DNA of 64,000 nucleotides from an archaeon (GCA_028279705.1 JANQNF010000005.1:2688-66687), one strand, 5' to 3'. Shown: positions 1 through 9,825, counted from the first letter of the stretch. Translations and numbers: made by a program. Notes: generated from the letters alone by a model not told the origin.

Positions 1-161
1 GAGACAACATAAAAATCGTGCTCCTAAGAATCACTGGCGGCGGAGTCCGCATCGGAATTGAAGCCCCTAAAGACCTTCCTATTATTCGTGCGGAGTTGAA
101 AGTGGGCGAGATTGAAACCTTAACAAACCTACCCAAGGAGTTAGGAAATGACCTTAACTAA
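1..161 (+). CDS. csrA: CsrA/RsmA-like RNA-binding protein (5'-truncated by window edge)
   Basis: Frame from nt 3 reads DNIKIVLLRITGGGVRIGIEAPKDLPIIRAEL...*, matching the CsrA pattern GDNIxI...VRLGIEAPxxxxIxRxE; stop TAA at 159-161. Not in the ORF track. Confidence 0.8.
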   Translation, partial: DNIKIVLLRITGGGVRIGIEAPKDLPIIRAELKVGEIETLTNLPKELGNDLN

Positions 162-1239
162 GACGGAAAGTTTATTCGTCAATGCCTTGAAGAAGAAGGC
201 ACCCGGTGCTCACAAGAACACTCGGGACAAAGAAGTTGTTATCAGGGGAGGTGGTCTTCCCGATGGTATCTCACGTGGAATTGCCAAGTTCGCTGACTAC
301 AAGACCGGCACGATTGCGAAAGGTAATGCGAAGGGAGCGCAATATATTTCCTTGACCGGCATCGTTTGTGAGCCGACTCAGTATAAGGGTCTCCGCGCGA
401 CCAAGACCATCTACTTCCGTGACACGGCCAACAAGACCGTCGCCGATCAGGTAGACGACTTTAATAACGAGTTGAAGAAACTCGGTTGCGACCTGTCCGG
501 TACGAACGAGGAAGACTGGTTCCGACTGTTGGCCGAAGTCAAGGCGAACGGGACGTACTTTTACTTTCACACCTGGAAAGGCGATCCCACGCCTCAGTTC
601 CCTAACCCGCAAGTCAATACCGAATTTGACGGCGGTGTTGCGGATCTTGCCGATTACGTTGATCCAAATGCGGGCGACGGGGTTGTGGACAACACTACGG
701 CTCCAGCCAGTTCTGGTGCTCAAGAGTTGTCACTCGCAGAACTCGGGGCCGCTGCGGATGCCGGAGACGAGGACGCCGAAGTCAAGCTGACCGAACTGGC
801 CAGCGAGGCTGGAATCGACCCGGCGGAAATCGAAACGTGGACGGAAGTAGCAACCATGTTGGAATCTGCTGATGGTGGATCCAGTAATGGTGAAGCTTCT
901 GTTGATGTCCATGCACTCGGTGCTGCTGCCGACGAAGGTGACGAAGACGCTGCAAGCCAACTCACTGAGATGGCCAAGGCGCAGGACATTGACCCAGACG
1001 CTGTTGAAACGTGGACTGAGGTTGCTACCATGCTCAACGGTGAAGCTGGTGGTGAAGAGTCGTCTGGTGAAATCGTGCCCGAGAAAGGCCAGATGTTCAA
1101 CTACCGAGCGCCAAGAGCTCAACAGGCCGAAACCTGTGAGATCACCGCTGTATTCGCAGGGACGCAGAAGTGCAACCTGAAACGAGTCAGCGATGACAAG
1201 TTGTTCAAGGGCATCCCTTGGGAAAAGTTGGAACGATAG
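148..1239 (+). CDS. Putative ssDNA-binding/replication protein with acidic internal duplication
   Basis: 363-aa ORF with AAGGAG RBS, in the replication module; very acidic C-terminal half with two 40-aa repeats. Function is inferred from position and composition. Confidence 0.5.
   Translation: MTLTKTESLFVNALKKKAPGAHKNTRDKEVVIRGGGLPDGISRGIAKFADYKTGTIAKGNAKGAQYISLTGIVCEPTQYKGLRATKTIYFRDTANKTVADQVDDFNNELKKLGCDLSGTNEEDWFRLLAEVKANGTYFYFHTWKGDPTPQFPNPQVNTEFDGGVADLADYVDPNAGDGVVDNTTAPASSGAQELSLAELGAAADAGDEDAEVKLTELASEAGIDPAEIETWTEVATMLESADGGSSNGEASVDVHALGAAADEGDEDAASQLTEMAKAQDIDPDAVETWTEVATMLNGEAGGEESSGEIVPEKGQMFNYRAPRAQQAETCEITAVFAGTQKCNLKRVSDDKLFKGIPWEKLER
742..1035 (+). repeat. Two 120-bp in-frame repeats (742-861, 916-1035)
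   Basis: LGAAADAGDEDAEVKLTELASEAGIDPAEIETWTEVATML vs LGAAADEGDEDAASQLTEMAKAQDIDPDAVETWTEVATML. Confidence 0.9.
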
Positions 1240-1362
1240 TCCTCCGCTGAAGATAGGGAACAAACGAGGGAAGGTCTTTGTGACGTGCAATCCAGGGGCT
1301 GAAACTCGGACGTGGATGCACCCACGTCGTTCCTTATCTTCATCTTTTTAGTAGGATCAATT

Positions 1363-1803
1363 ATGGCCAAAACATTTTTTGAAAAAGCAGGAATAGGTTG
1401 TATCGCTAGCGGTATAGGGCTTTCTGTTTTTGTTGTGGTGATTTTCTTTGCTATCTTTGGAAGGTTCTTCCGTGAAGGTAGTAGGATCATTGACAAGACC
1501 ATTGACGCTGATAACGTAATCTATAACTACGAATGGTTCAAGCAGCGTCACCAGGATGTCCAAGCAATCGACACCAAGATCGAACAAGCCAACCAAGCCG
1601 TCAACCAATTCAAGGATGACAACGGTGAGCGTAGTGGTTGGGATATGTTTGACAAGCAGGAGTACGACCGTTTGAACTCGGTTGCTATCGGCCTGCAACA
1701 ACAGCGTGCGGATATTGTTGCTGAGTACAATGCGAGATCACGGATGGCGAACCGAAGTATTTTCAAAGCGGGAGATACTGAACTCCCCGAAACCATTAAC
1801 TAA
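1363..1803 (+). CDS. Membrane-anchored coiled-coil protein
   Basis: ATG after AGGA; N-terminal TM segment followed by an amphipathic helical region. Confidence 0.7.
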   Translation: MAKTFFEKAGIGCIASGIGLSVFVVVIFFAIFGRFFREGSRIIDKTIDADNVIYNYEWFKQRHQDVQAIDTKIEQANQAVNQFKDDNGERSGWDMFDKQEYDRLNSVAIGLQQQRADIVAEYNARSRMANRSIFKAGDTELPETIN

Positions 1804-1816
1804 CCTGAGGAGTCTT

Positions 1817-2347
1817 ATGAAACCTTTAATTCCAGCTTTAATTGTTTGCATCCTATTGTGCGGGTGTGACAAACGAAGAGAAGCAAAGACGCAGATTCAA
1901 GAACAGAATCGTACTGAAGACCAGCAACGAGTACATCTAAAGACTTCACCTCCACCGAAGTTGACCCGTTCCCAAGAACGTCTTAACCTAATCGAAAGAC
2001 TAACCAGATTCAACACTGACTCAAAGGTCAGTTACATCTATCTGGTTAATTACGGAAAGGTGATGGCATTCTATACAGTCAAAGGAAAAGTGTCGTCAGT
2101 TAATTCACTATTGACCACCCCAGACCAGTTGATCAAGCCGAAGAACATATCAGAAAGGCATGTCATGGCTTCTCCTGATCTGGACGGTTCGTACGGTTCC
2201 AACGGGGACGCCGTGTTCTTTTTCACAACCGATGGTACATACGTTGAGTGGAGCGGTGATTACATGCTCTGCGACAAGCCGCTCAAGTTAACTACTCCCC
2301 CAGAGTTAACCATCGACGTTACAGACCAAACTACTGGAGGTCAGTAA
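1817..2347 (+). CDS. Lipoprotein
   Basis: GAGGAG RBS; MKPLIPALIVCILLCGC signal ending in a lipobox-like LCGC. Confidence 0.7.
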   Translation: MKPLIPALIVCILLCGCDKRREAKTQIQEQNRTEDQQRVHLKTSPPPKLTRSQERLNLIERLTRFNTDSKVSYIYLVNYGKVMAFYTVKGKVSSVNSLLTTPDQLIKPKNISERHVMASPDLDGSYGSNGDAVFFFTTDGTYVEWSGDYMLCDKPLKLTTPPELTIDVTDQTTGGQ

Positions 2348-2349
2348 GT

Positions 2350-4404
2350 ATGATTTCGGTTGACACGGAAACTACCGGTCTTGACTTTTATCATGGATGC
2401 GCACCGTTCCTCGTATCCATCTGTGATGAGGATCTCCAAGTTACGACATGGCAGTTTCCGGTCAACCCTCGTACTCGCATTCCCAAGGTTACTAAGCGTG
2501 ACCGGGATGAGATAGAATCCTATCTTGACCAGGACAAGGTCTTACAGAATAGTAAGTTTGACGTCCGTGCGTTACAGTCCATAGGCATCTGTATGGATTG
2601 GGACTGGGAACGCACAGAAGACACACTTATAGCAGGACACCTAGTAGCCAGTGGTGAATCCCACGAGTTGGGAAACATGGCGTTGAAGTACCTGGGAGTT
2701 GACATCAAACCGTTGGAGGAAAACCTACGGCAAGAAGTAATTAAGGCCAGAGCTCTAGCCAAGAAAAAGTATCCTGAATGGCGGCAAGCAAAGGAAGGCG
2801 ATCCGATGATGCCAAGCATGAAAGAAACTGCTTGGAAGGGGGATATGTGGTTACCTCAAGCCTTAGCAAACATGGAGGACTTACCCGAGGATCATCCTTG
2901 GTGGCATGTGCTGCCTGAGTACAACAACGGGGACAGTTCGGTAACCCTCAAATTGTGGGAAGTACAAAAAGAAATTCTACAAGAACGTGGGTTATGGGAA
3001 ATCTACCTAGAACGTAAGAAACTACTGAAGACCACCTACGATATGGAATCTATAGGGATTACCATGAACGTAGAACGGTTGAACGAACTCAATGACAGGT
3101 ATAGAGAAGAGAGTACAAAGGCTGAACAACTGTGTTTGAAACTAGCCGACGGGCACATAGATAAACTTCCAAAAGGCGGAACCAGCAAAGCTCTACGTAG
3201 TGTTATCTTCGATCACTTCAAACTACCTGTAGTAGTGAAGTCAAAGAAGACTCAGGAACCCTCAGTCAATAAAGTAGCAATAGAGCAGTGGATAGCTACT
3301 GTTCCAACAACAGAAAAGTCCTTCCATTTTATTAAAAACCTAAGGGACAAACGCAAGCGTGACACAGCCTCAGGTTATATGGAAGGTTACCTCAAAGTAG
3401 GATTACCCCTTTATGGCCCTTGGTACACTCTATTCCCCTACCTCAATATTACCGGGACTGATACCTTACGATTCAGTAGCAGCAATCCAAATGAGCAGAA
3501 TATTAGCAAACAAGAAGGGTTCAACCTCCGATACATTTTTGGTCCGCGCCCTGGAAGAGAGTGGTGGTCCGGCGATTATAAGAACATCGAGTTGCGGTTG
3601 CCAGCCTTCGAGTGCGGCGAAACTGAAATGGTCAACCTGTTCAACAATCCCGGCGAGCCACCCTATTACGGATCCTACCATTTACTTATCTGTGACGTTC
3701 TTCACCCAAAATGGTTCGGGCAACACGGAACAGACTTCAAAAACAAGTTCGCGTCGACGTGGTATCAGTGGACCAAGAATGGCAACTTTGCTGTCCAGTA
3801 TGGAGCCGTTGAATCTTCGGGTACAGCCGACTTGGCCTACCACGTTCCGGGGGCGCAAAGGAAGATTCAAGGGCGGTTCAAAAAGATCGCGCAGTTGAAT
3901 AAGGATATGATAGCTCATGCGGATGCTCACGGATATGTCACCACAATACCTTCCAAGGGTTTTGACCGCGGATACCCGTTACAATGTACACGAACCGAAT
4001 GGGGCAGAGTCAAACCAACTATCCCATTGAACTACCACGTTCAGGGAAGTGCGATGTGGGCTATGAGCTTAGCTATGAATCGATGTGACAACTTCCTAGA
4101 GCAGTGGAACCAGTCCGAGCTAGGGATAGCCAACACCAGCCAGATAATACAAGAACAGATGGAAGATCAAGCTTACTTCATGATTATGCAAATACATGAT
4201 GAGCTGGTCTTTGACTTCCCAGCCAAGCGTAGTAAGAACTGGGATCCTAAGAATCCAAAGGCTGAGCATCTAGGAAATGCACAGTTGGTACGTGAACTCA
4301 AACAACTCATGGAGCTCTCTGGAGAAGATATGAATACTCCTCTACCGGTCGGCTTCGATTATCACCCTGACACGTGGGACGTAGGCTATGGTATCAGTTT
4401 ATGA
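2350..4404 (+). CDS. polA: DNA polymerase family A (3'-5' exonuclease + polymerase)
   Basis: ExoI DTETTG, ExoII NSKFD, motif A DYKNIELR, motif B KNGNFAVQYG, NYHVQGSA, motif C IHDELVF. Confidence 0.95.
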   Translation: MISVDTETTGLDFYHGCAPFLVSICDEDLQVTTWQFPVNPRTRIPKVTKRDRDEIESYLDQDKVLQNSKFDVRALQSIGICMDWDWERTEDTLIAGHLVASGESHELGNMALKYLGVDIKPLEENLRQEVIKARALAKKKYPEWRQAKEGDPMMPSMKETAWKGDMWLPQALANMEDLPEDHPWWHVLPEYNNGDSSVTLKLWEVQKEILQERGLWEIYLERKKLLKTTYDMESIGITMNVERLNELNDRYREESTKAEQLCLKLADGHIDKLPKGGTSKALRSVIFDHFKLPVVVKSKKTQEPSVNKVAIEQWIATVPTTEKSFHFIKNLRDKRKRDTASGYMEGYLKVGLPLYGPWYTLFPYLNITGTDTLRFSSSNPNEQNISKQEGFNLRYIFGPRPGREWWSGDYKNIELRLPAFECGETEMVNLFNNPGEPPYYGSYHLLICDVLHPKWFGQHGTDFKNKFASTWYQWTKNGNFAVQYGAVESSGTADLAYHVPGAQRKIQGRFKKIAQLNKDMIAHADAHGYVTTIPSKGFDRGYPLQCTRTEWGRVKPTIPLNYHVQGSAMWAMSLAMNRCDNFLEQWNQSELGIANTSQIIQEQMEDQAYFMIMQIHDELVFDFPAKRSKNWDPKNPKAEHLGNAQLVRELKQLMELSGEDMNTPLPVGFDYHPDTWDVGYGISL

Positions 4405-5275
4405 TCTGGTTGAAATGAATGATAACCTTGTTAATGAATTCATCTATTGGGCAAAGGAACGTCACAGCATACACCTTAAAAGGGAAGCTGGTAAACCTAA
4501 GCCGTGGACCAAGGACCCGATACTCCAACGGTACTTCTTCACTAACCCTTACAGGGAGAATGACAAGACTACCGTATGGTTCCGGGAAACAGTACGAGAT
4601 CCAATTGCTGCCAAGCCTCAGGTCTTCTTTTCTACTGTGTGCTTCCGTTGGTTCAACTACATCCCAACAGGACAAGTACTCCATGATCTACAACTTCTGT
4701 ATGCGTGGGATTGTGAATTAGCTATTGCAAAACTGAACGACATCCTACGATCCGGGCGCAAGGTATTCACAGGGGCGTTTACCATCAGCCCTAGCGGAAG
4801 CACCAAGCCAAAGATCCAGCGTGTATGCGAAGACTACATCCAACCAGTATGGGACGACCTGTCAAGCATCGTTGGCCAACTGTACAAGGCCGACACACTG
4901 AAACGCGCATGGCAAGTTGTATCTTCTCTCCCAGGAATGGCTGGCGGAGGATTCATGGCCTATGAAGTAGTTTCAGACCTGCGGTATACTGAGTTCCTAA
5001 GAAACGCTGAAGACATCAATCTGTGGGCTAACCCCGGTCCTGGTGCCAAGCGAGGACTCAACCGTCTAATGATGAGAGAAATCAAAAGCCCAATCAACCA
5101 ACCATTGTGGGAAGACCAGACCCAGGAACTTCTTAAGATCGTTAATAAACGTCTACCCAAAAATATGCCACGGTTTGAGATGCGTGAAATTGAACACAGT
5201 CTGTGTGAGTTTGACAAGTACCTACGGGCGAGAACCAAGTCCGGCAGAATGAAAAGGAAATACGATGGTGTTTAA
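4388..5275 (+). CDS. aGPT-Pplase1-family (HMUDK_hel-type, glycosylase-like helical fold) thymidine-hypermodification enzyme
   Basis: ERHSIHLKREAGKPKPWTKDPILQRYFFTNPYRENDKTT, FRWFN, GFMAYEVVSDL, GPGAKRGL and IEHSLCEFDKY are characteristic of this family. True start may be the ATG at 4415. Confidence 0.85.
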   Translation: MVSVYDLVEMNDNLVNEFIYWAKERHSIHLKREAGKPKPWTKDPILQRYFFTNPYRENDKTTVWFRETVRDPIAAKPQVFFSTVCFRWFNYIPTGQVLHDLQLLYAWDCELAIAKLNDILRSGRKVFTGAFTISPSGSTKPKIQRVCEDYIQPVWDDLSSIVGQLYKADTLKRAWQVVSSLPGMAGGGFMAYEVVSDLRYTEFLRNAEDINLWANPGPGAKRGLNRLMMREIKSPINQPLWEDQTQELLKIVNKRLPKNMPRFEMREIEHSLCEFDKYLRARTKSGRMKRKYDGV

Positions 5276-5489
5276 TTGCAGGTTCCGTGAAGGTCCGTTG
5301 GATGGTAGATTAGCAGAAGTGTCCATTACTGAACCTTTCAAGGTTGGTATGTTCATCACTGTTGAAGGATGCACCTACGAAATCCTCAATGGTGCGGCTG
5401 CTCAACACCACGAGCAGAAACAAGAAGGACATCCTAACTTGGCTGTGAGTGCTAGTTATGTTGATGATAAGAACCTTTCTGGTGTCTGA
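5265..5489 (+). CDS. Hypothetical protein
   Basis: Overlaps the upstream stop; GPLDG motif; fits operon packing. Confidence 0.55.
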   Translation: MVFNCRFREGPLDGRLAEVSITEPFKVGMFITVEGCTYEILNGAAAQHHEQKQEGHPNLAVSASYVDDKNLSGV

Positions 5490-5755
5490 TCTTCCTTTGG
5501 AGTTGTTCTGTAAGCAGTTGTGTACGTTCAATTCTAAAAAGCTAAAGAAGAGCAGGCGTCATTCTCTTTACTTGGAAAACGTGAAATGGTACAGAGAAGA
5601 CAATGGGTTATTCACAGTGACTGTGAAATTTCTCAGAGGAGAAAAATTCACTTACCGATTTATCAAGGCCGGAGGAACGTTCAGCTATTCTCCTTTCCGT
5701 GACTGCGATCACAGCAAACTGTTGAAAGTCCTAGCAGATAACCAGAGGAAGACCC

Positions 5756-6088
5756 GTGAAAATATTCAGGTGGAATCAAATCAGGGAAGCCGTAGCGTAT
5801 GCGGTTGAAGACCCTGATAACACCGCTTTGCATTTACATTACTTCATAACGCCTACAGCTCCTGCTTGCTTCAAGAGGGATGTAGGTAGGAGATTACCGA
5901 TTGCTCACTTGTTTGGACAGGACGCAAAACTATTGGAGGCAATAGCAAGACATGCTGGAGTGAACAAAATCGTTATCGAACGTACGAACACTCCTCGCCA
6001 GCACATTGATTTGTGTGGAGCTCCTTTACGTAGAGTGCTTGAGGAGTGTGGCGAGGATATAAACAACTACAGGTTGGAGGAGGACTGA
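5756..6088 (+). CDS. DUF4031-like small protein
   Basis: AHLFGQD...LEAIARHAGV...HIDL resembles DUF4031 (HLxxD...A..G...HYDL); GAGG RBS; stop overlaps the next start. Confidence 0.45.
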   Translation: MKIFRWNQIREAVAYAVEDPDNTALHLHYFITPTAPACFKRDVGRRLPIAHLFGQDAKLLEAIARHAGVNKIVIERTNTPRQHIDLCGAPLRRVLEECGEDINNYRLEED

Positions 6089-7221
6089 TGAAAGTAGCCA
6101 TAGTCAATTGGCCGATTAATGACGTAGGAGGCATCAACACCTACTGCGAAAACATGATAGCAGGGTTTAGAACTTTGGGAGGGTATGAAGTGGATCTAAT
6201 CCACGCCACACCACAACTCAAGTACAACAATGCGAAACATGGTGAACGGGTGAACCAGACTACCAAGCGAAGGTTCACAATCTTGGAAGGTTATCATTTC
6301 AGTTACAACGACCAGCACGTAACCGAAGCTGTAGATGCTTTGAATACTTACGATCTCGTGATATTCTTGCATCCTAGTCCACATCCTACCAAGGCTGTGA
6401 AAGAACATCCATGTCATTTGAATTGGCAAGCCTTATACAATGAGTTGACCGTTCCTGACTTGGTAATCTTCCACGACGCCAATTGGGCGAAGACGAACTC
6501 GTGGTTTGCTGACGTTGCTGACCGGGTAGATGCAGCACTAGGAGCCCAACATATATTCTTCCCAAGTATTGAGCAGTATCCAGCCAACTGCCCAAAGACC
6601 TGGGAATACTTTCCATTGAACTTAGAGCAGATGTTAAGTGACTCAGCAGAGGAGGACAAGGTAGAACAGGGGATTCTAGCTACTCAGTGGTTAAAGTGGA
6701 AGAACCATCACAAGTTCTTACCAGTCATGCCTCAGATCAAATACCCTATCATGGTGTTTGGTAGCGGTATGGAATATCACAACCTAGCCAAGACCCCGGA
6801 GTTCGCTGAGGCTTTCAACATCGACTACACAACAGACAAGGAGTACAACCCAGACTCTCCACACGAATACCATGGATACGTAGACTATGTGTACGTCATG
6901 GTGGAGATGGCTCGGTCTACCTTTAGTATCGATCTGTCAACTAAGGGTTACACGAACATGACCCATTGGGAGCCGATGGCCTGCGAGACCCTTAATTTAA
7001 TCCACGAAGATGTACTTGCTAACGAGTACTGTGAGATCCCAGACGATTGTTGTATGACATTCAACTTTGGGAATGTTGCCGACGTCATCAACGAAACGAT
7101 GGAAAATCCTGACTGGATTGACAAGCGTGTTACCAACGCTTCCAAGTTCATTACTAAGTGTGACAACGTTCAGGTTGTCAGCCGTATCATGTCCTGGTTA
7201 AAGAAAGAAGGTGTTGTATGA
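6088..7221 (+). CDS. GT-B fold glycosyltransferase
   Basis: GGAGGAGG RBS, TGATG coupling; N-terminal MKVAIVN...GGINTY loop, IFHD, and C-terminal GYTNMTHWEPMAC (ExxAC-type nucleotide-sugar-binding segment). Confidence 0.75.
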   Translation: MKVAIVNWPINDVGGINTYCENMIAGFRTLGGYEVDLIHATPQLKYNNAKHGERVNQTTKRRFTILEGYHFSYNDQHVTEAVDALNTYDLVIFLHPSPHPTKAVKEHPCHLNWQALYNELTVPDLVIFHDANWAKTNSWFADVADRVDAALGAQHIFFPSIEQYPANCPKTWEYFPLNLEQMLSDSAEEDKVEQGILATQWLKWKNHHKFLPVMPQIKYPIMVFGSGMEYHNLAKTPEFAEAFNIDYTTDKEYNPDSPHEYHGYVDYVYVMVEMARSTFSIDLSTKGYTNMTHWEPMACETLNLIHEDVLANEYCEIPDDCCMTFNFGNVADVINETMENPDWIDKRVTNASKFITKCDNVQVVSRIMSWLKKEGVV

Positions 7222-7622
7222 CTCACTATCATGTTACAAGCCTAATCCTAGGAGCGATTCTCACTGTTGGGATTTTCACAGGCTGTTGTGAACAGACTAA
7301 GATGGAACGTTCCCTCGAATACGAAGAAGGGATCAAAAGTCACAACACAGGTATGTCACTTCACGAGAATCCTTACAGCGATGCTGTTGGGAGAAAGGAA
7401 CGGGAACATAAAGCTTACTGGACAAACGGTTGGCTGGACGCCGAGCTCGAAGAACAAGAACACGACGAAGAGTACGAGTCAGAAAGAAACGTAGCTATCC
7501 TCGCTACCATACGTTTGAAACGGTTGGAGAAAGCAGAAGAACGTATTGAAGAGTTGGAAGCCCGTATCAACACTATGCAAGCGTTACAGGAGGAGTTCTA
7601 TGCAACGTTCCGTAACCGTTGA
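7218..7622 (+). CDS. Membrane/lipoprotein with RMF/CrpP-like motif and coiled coil
   Basis: Hydrophobic N-terminus ending TGC; YEEG...NPY...WTNGW motif. Confidence 0.5.
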   Translation: MTHYHVTSLILGAILTVGIFTGCCEQTKMERSLEYEEGIKSHNTGMSLHENPYSDAVGRKEREHKAYWTNGWLDAELEEQEHDEEYESERNVAILATIRLKRLEKAEERIEELEARINTMQALQEEFYATFRNR

Positions 7623-7793
7623 TTATATGTACGATGACAACGAGTGTGATCTTTTTGACAAACTCAAAGAAGTATTGGCAAGCATCGGAGTGGAGGTCGA
7701 GATGGTTGACCCCGATCCACCAGATCTGGAATCGTTAACCATGGAATTCACAAACACACTAGTCGAGGACAACCAGCAGATCGAGCCAGTCGG

Positions 7794-8690
7794 ATGAGAT
7801 TATTCAACACCCTATCCTTGGAAATCAACGCACAGTGTAATCGCAAGTGCAAGTTCTGTCCTGTAGCTTACAACACTAGACCTGATGAACGGATGGCTAT
7901 CGGGTTGGTCAACAAAGCAGCAGCGGAGCTTGCTCACCTTAACTACAAAGGGAGGATCGAACTCTACATATACAACGAACCGCTCAAGGACAAAACCTAT
8001 CTGCGACAAGTCACAAAGCTGTTGCGCAAGCACGTCCCTAAGTGTACTCTGATGATTGCCACTAACGGTGACTACATCCGGGACTACACAGACATCATGG
8101 AGATGTATGAGTGGGGGATGAACCAAGTCCTCATTAACTGCTACAGTCCTGGTCTGTATGAACGCCGACAAGTATGGTTCAGTGGATTACCTGCTGAAGT
8201 ACGTAGACACAAGAGCGTGTACGACCAAGGCTTCAAAGGCAAGTGCATACAGATGCTAGACAAGTCTTCTCCCCAGAAGTTTGGTACGGGAATCTTTTCC
8301 TTGACAAACCGTGCAGGTAATATAGACCAGTTCTTACCTGTAGTAGAAGAACCTTTGCAGAAGATGTGTGTGCGCCCGTTCAGGTTACTTAACATTAACT
8401 GGCTTGGACAAGCCTTAGTGTGCTGCCAAGATTACCACGCAGACGTTCCTATCGGGAATTTACAGGACAACACATTAGTAGAACTCTGGAATCATCCGGT
8501 GCTCAATACCTACCGAAAGCATTTATCCGAGAAGGACAGAACTTTACCTCTGTGCAACCAGTGCGACTGTCACTCCGGTGCGTATCCGGGAAATGTGGAC
8601 AAGAGTTTTGGAAAACCAGCCAGTCGCCATGAAATTGCTAACATCCATGCGACCAACGTAAGGAGAAGAAATCGTGCATCTAAAGTTTAG
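7794..8690 (+). CDS. Radical SAM enzyme with SPASM/twitch domain
   Basis: CNRKCKFC (CxxxCxxC), YNEPL, ATNGD; C-terminal CVRPF...CCQD...GNL...LVELWN...CNQC. Confidence 0.92.
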   Translation: MRLFNTLSLEINAQCNRKCKFCPVAYNTRPDERMAIGLVNKAAAELAHLNYKGRIELYIYNEPLKDKTYLRQVTKLLRKHVPKCTLMIATNGDYIRDYTDIMEMYEWGMNQVLINCYSPGLYERRQVWFSGLPAEVRRHKSVYDQGFKGKCIQMLDKSSPQKFGTGIFSLTNRAGNIDQFLPVVEEPLQKMCVRPFRLLNINWLGQALVCCQDYHADVPIGNLQDNTLVELWNHPVLNTYRKHLSEKDRTLPLCNQCDCHSGAYPGNVDKSFGKPASRHEIANIHATNVRRRNRASKV

Positions 8691-9825
8691 AAACGTTAAC
8701 GAAGCTTTTGATTTCATACTCAAGGGAGTCACAGACGGTAGTATTCCAACGATCGATTCAGGGTCTAGAAACGGAGATGTTGTTCAGATCCCTGAAGTAT
8801 TGACGATCACCTACCTACGTCCTTGGGAGCGAGTTCTGTTTAACAGCGGAAGGGATTGCAATCCGTTCTTTCACCTGTACGAAGCTATGTGGATGCTTGC
8901 CGGTCGGGAGGACGTAGCGTCGCTTGAGTACTTCAACAGCCAGATGGCTCAGTACAGTGACGATGGTAAAGTATTCAACGGTGCTTACGGTAACCGATGG
9001 CGCAACTGGAAAGTACCAAGATGGACTCAAGGACATAATATGTCCGATCCGGACCTACTCTATTGGGAAGGAATAGACCAACTAGAAGTCATTGCGAAGA
9101 ATCTGACCCGGGATAATAACAGCCGACGAGAGGTTCTAGAGATGTGGAGCGTTCACAGCGACCTCCTACGCAACCGTAGTAGTAAGGATGTCTGCTGTAA
9201 CCTTGTAGTCACGTTCCAGATCGTTGATGCGTTCGGGGCTAAGAAGTTGGACATGTCCGTGTTCAATCGTAGCAACGATACGATCTGGGGACTGCTCGGT
9301 GCCAACGTAGTACATTTCAGCTTTCTGCACGAGTGGATGGCTTCTATGTGTGGGGTCAAGATGGGCTTGTACAACCAGATCAGTGTCAATGCGCACTTCT
9401 ACGCTGACAAGTTCACACCCGAAAAATGGATTGGGGATACGACGCCGGATTTGTATCTGGATGCTCTTCCAATAAACCTCACACCCCTTATTGAGGATAA
9501 GAACCAGTGGGAGCGGGACGTACTGACGTTCTGTGAAAATCCATACAACTCAGACAACCCTGAACTGCCGTTCACCCGTAGTCTGAGTAAGAAGTTGTTG
9601 TACGACGAACCGTTCTTTACCAAGGTTGCTATTCCTGCTTGTAAAGCATTCCATGCGCACAAGAATCGGAAGTATGAAGATGCTTTCCGGTTTGCTTCAA
9701 CCATCGAATCAACAGATTGGCAGTTCGTGTGCACAGAATGGTTGATGAAGCGGGAAAGATGGTACAAAGAAAGGATCCGTAAGTCCGGCAACCCATACGC
9801 TAAACTTTCACAACAAGATCAATGA
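8674..9825 (+). CDS. Thymidylate synthase homolog, probable dUMP hydroxymethylase
   Basis: SRNG, GAYGNRWR, DQL, NSRR, catalytic Cys in KDVCCN, and RSNDTIWGLLGANVVHFS. Asn at the dUMP-specificity position (dCMP enzymes have Asp), as in hmdU-producing phage enzymes. Confidence 0.85.
   Translation: MHLKFRNVNEAFDFILKGVTDGSIPTIDSGSRNGDVVQIPEVLTITYLRPWERVLFNSGRDCNPFFHLYEAMWMLAGREDVASLEYFNSQMAQYSDDGKVFNGAYGNRWRNWKVPRWTQGHNMSDPDLLYWEGIDQLEVIAKNLTRDNNSRREVLEMWSVHSDLLRNRSSKDVCCNLVVTFQIVDAFGAKKLDMSVFNRSNDTIWGLLGANVVHFSFLHEWMASMCGVKMGLYNQISVNAHFYADKFTPEKWIGDTTPDLYLDALPINLTPLIEDKNQWERDVLTFCENPYNSDNPELPFTRSLSKKLLYDEPFFTKVAIPACKAFHAHKNRKYEDAFRFASTIESTDWQFVCTEWLMKRERWYKERIRKSGNPYAKLSQQDQ

Noticed and set aside
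1280-1335. Intergenic hairpins (GACGTGG/CCACGTC) as a riboswitch or small RNA
   Set aside because: Short and compatible with an ordinary terminator or processing stem; no recognisable aptamer.
8674-9825. dCMP hydroxymethylase (T4-like glucosyl-hmC pathway)
   Set aside because: The specificity residue is Asn (GANVVHF) rather than Asp, and the neighbouring aGPT-Pplase1 family acts on hmdU.
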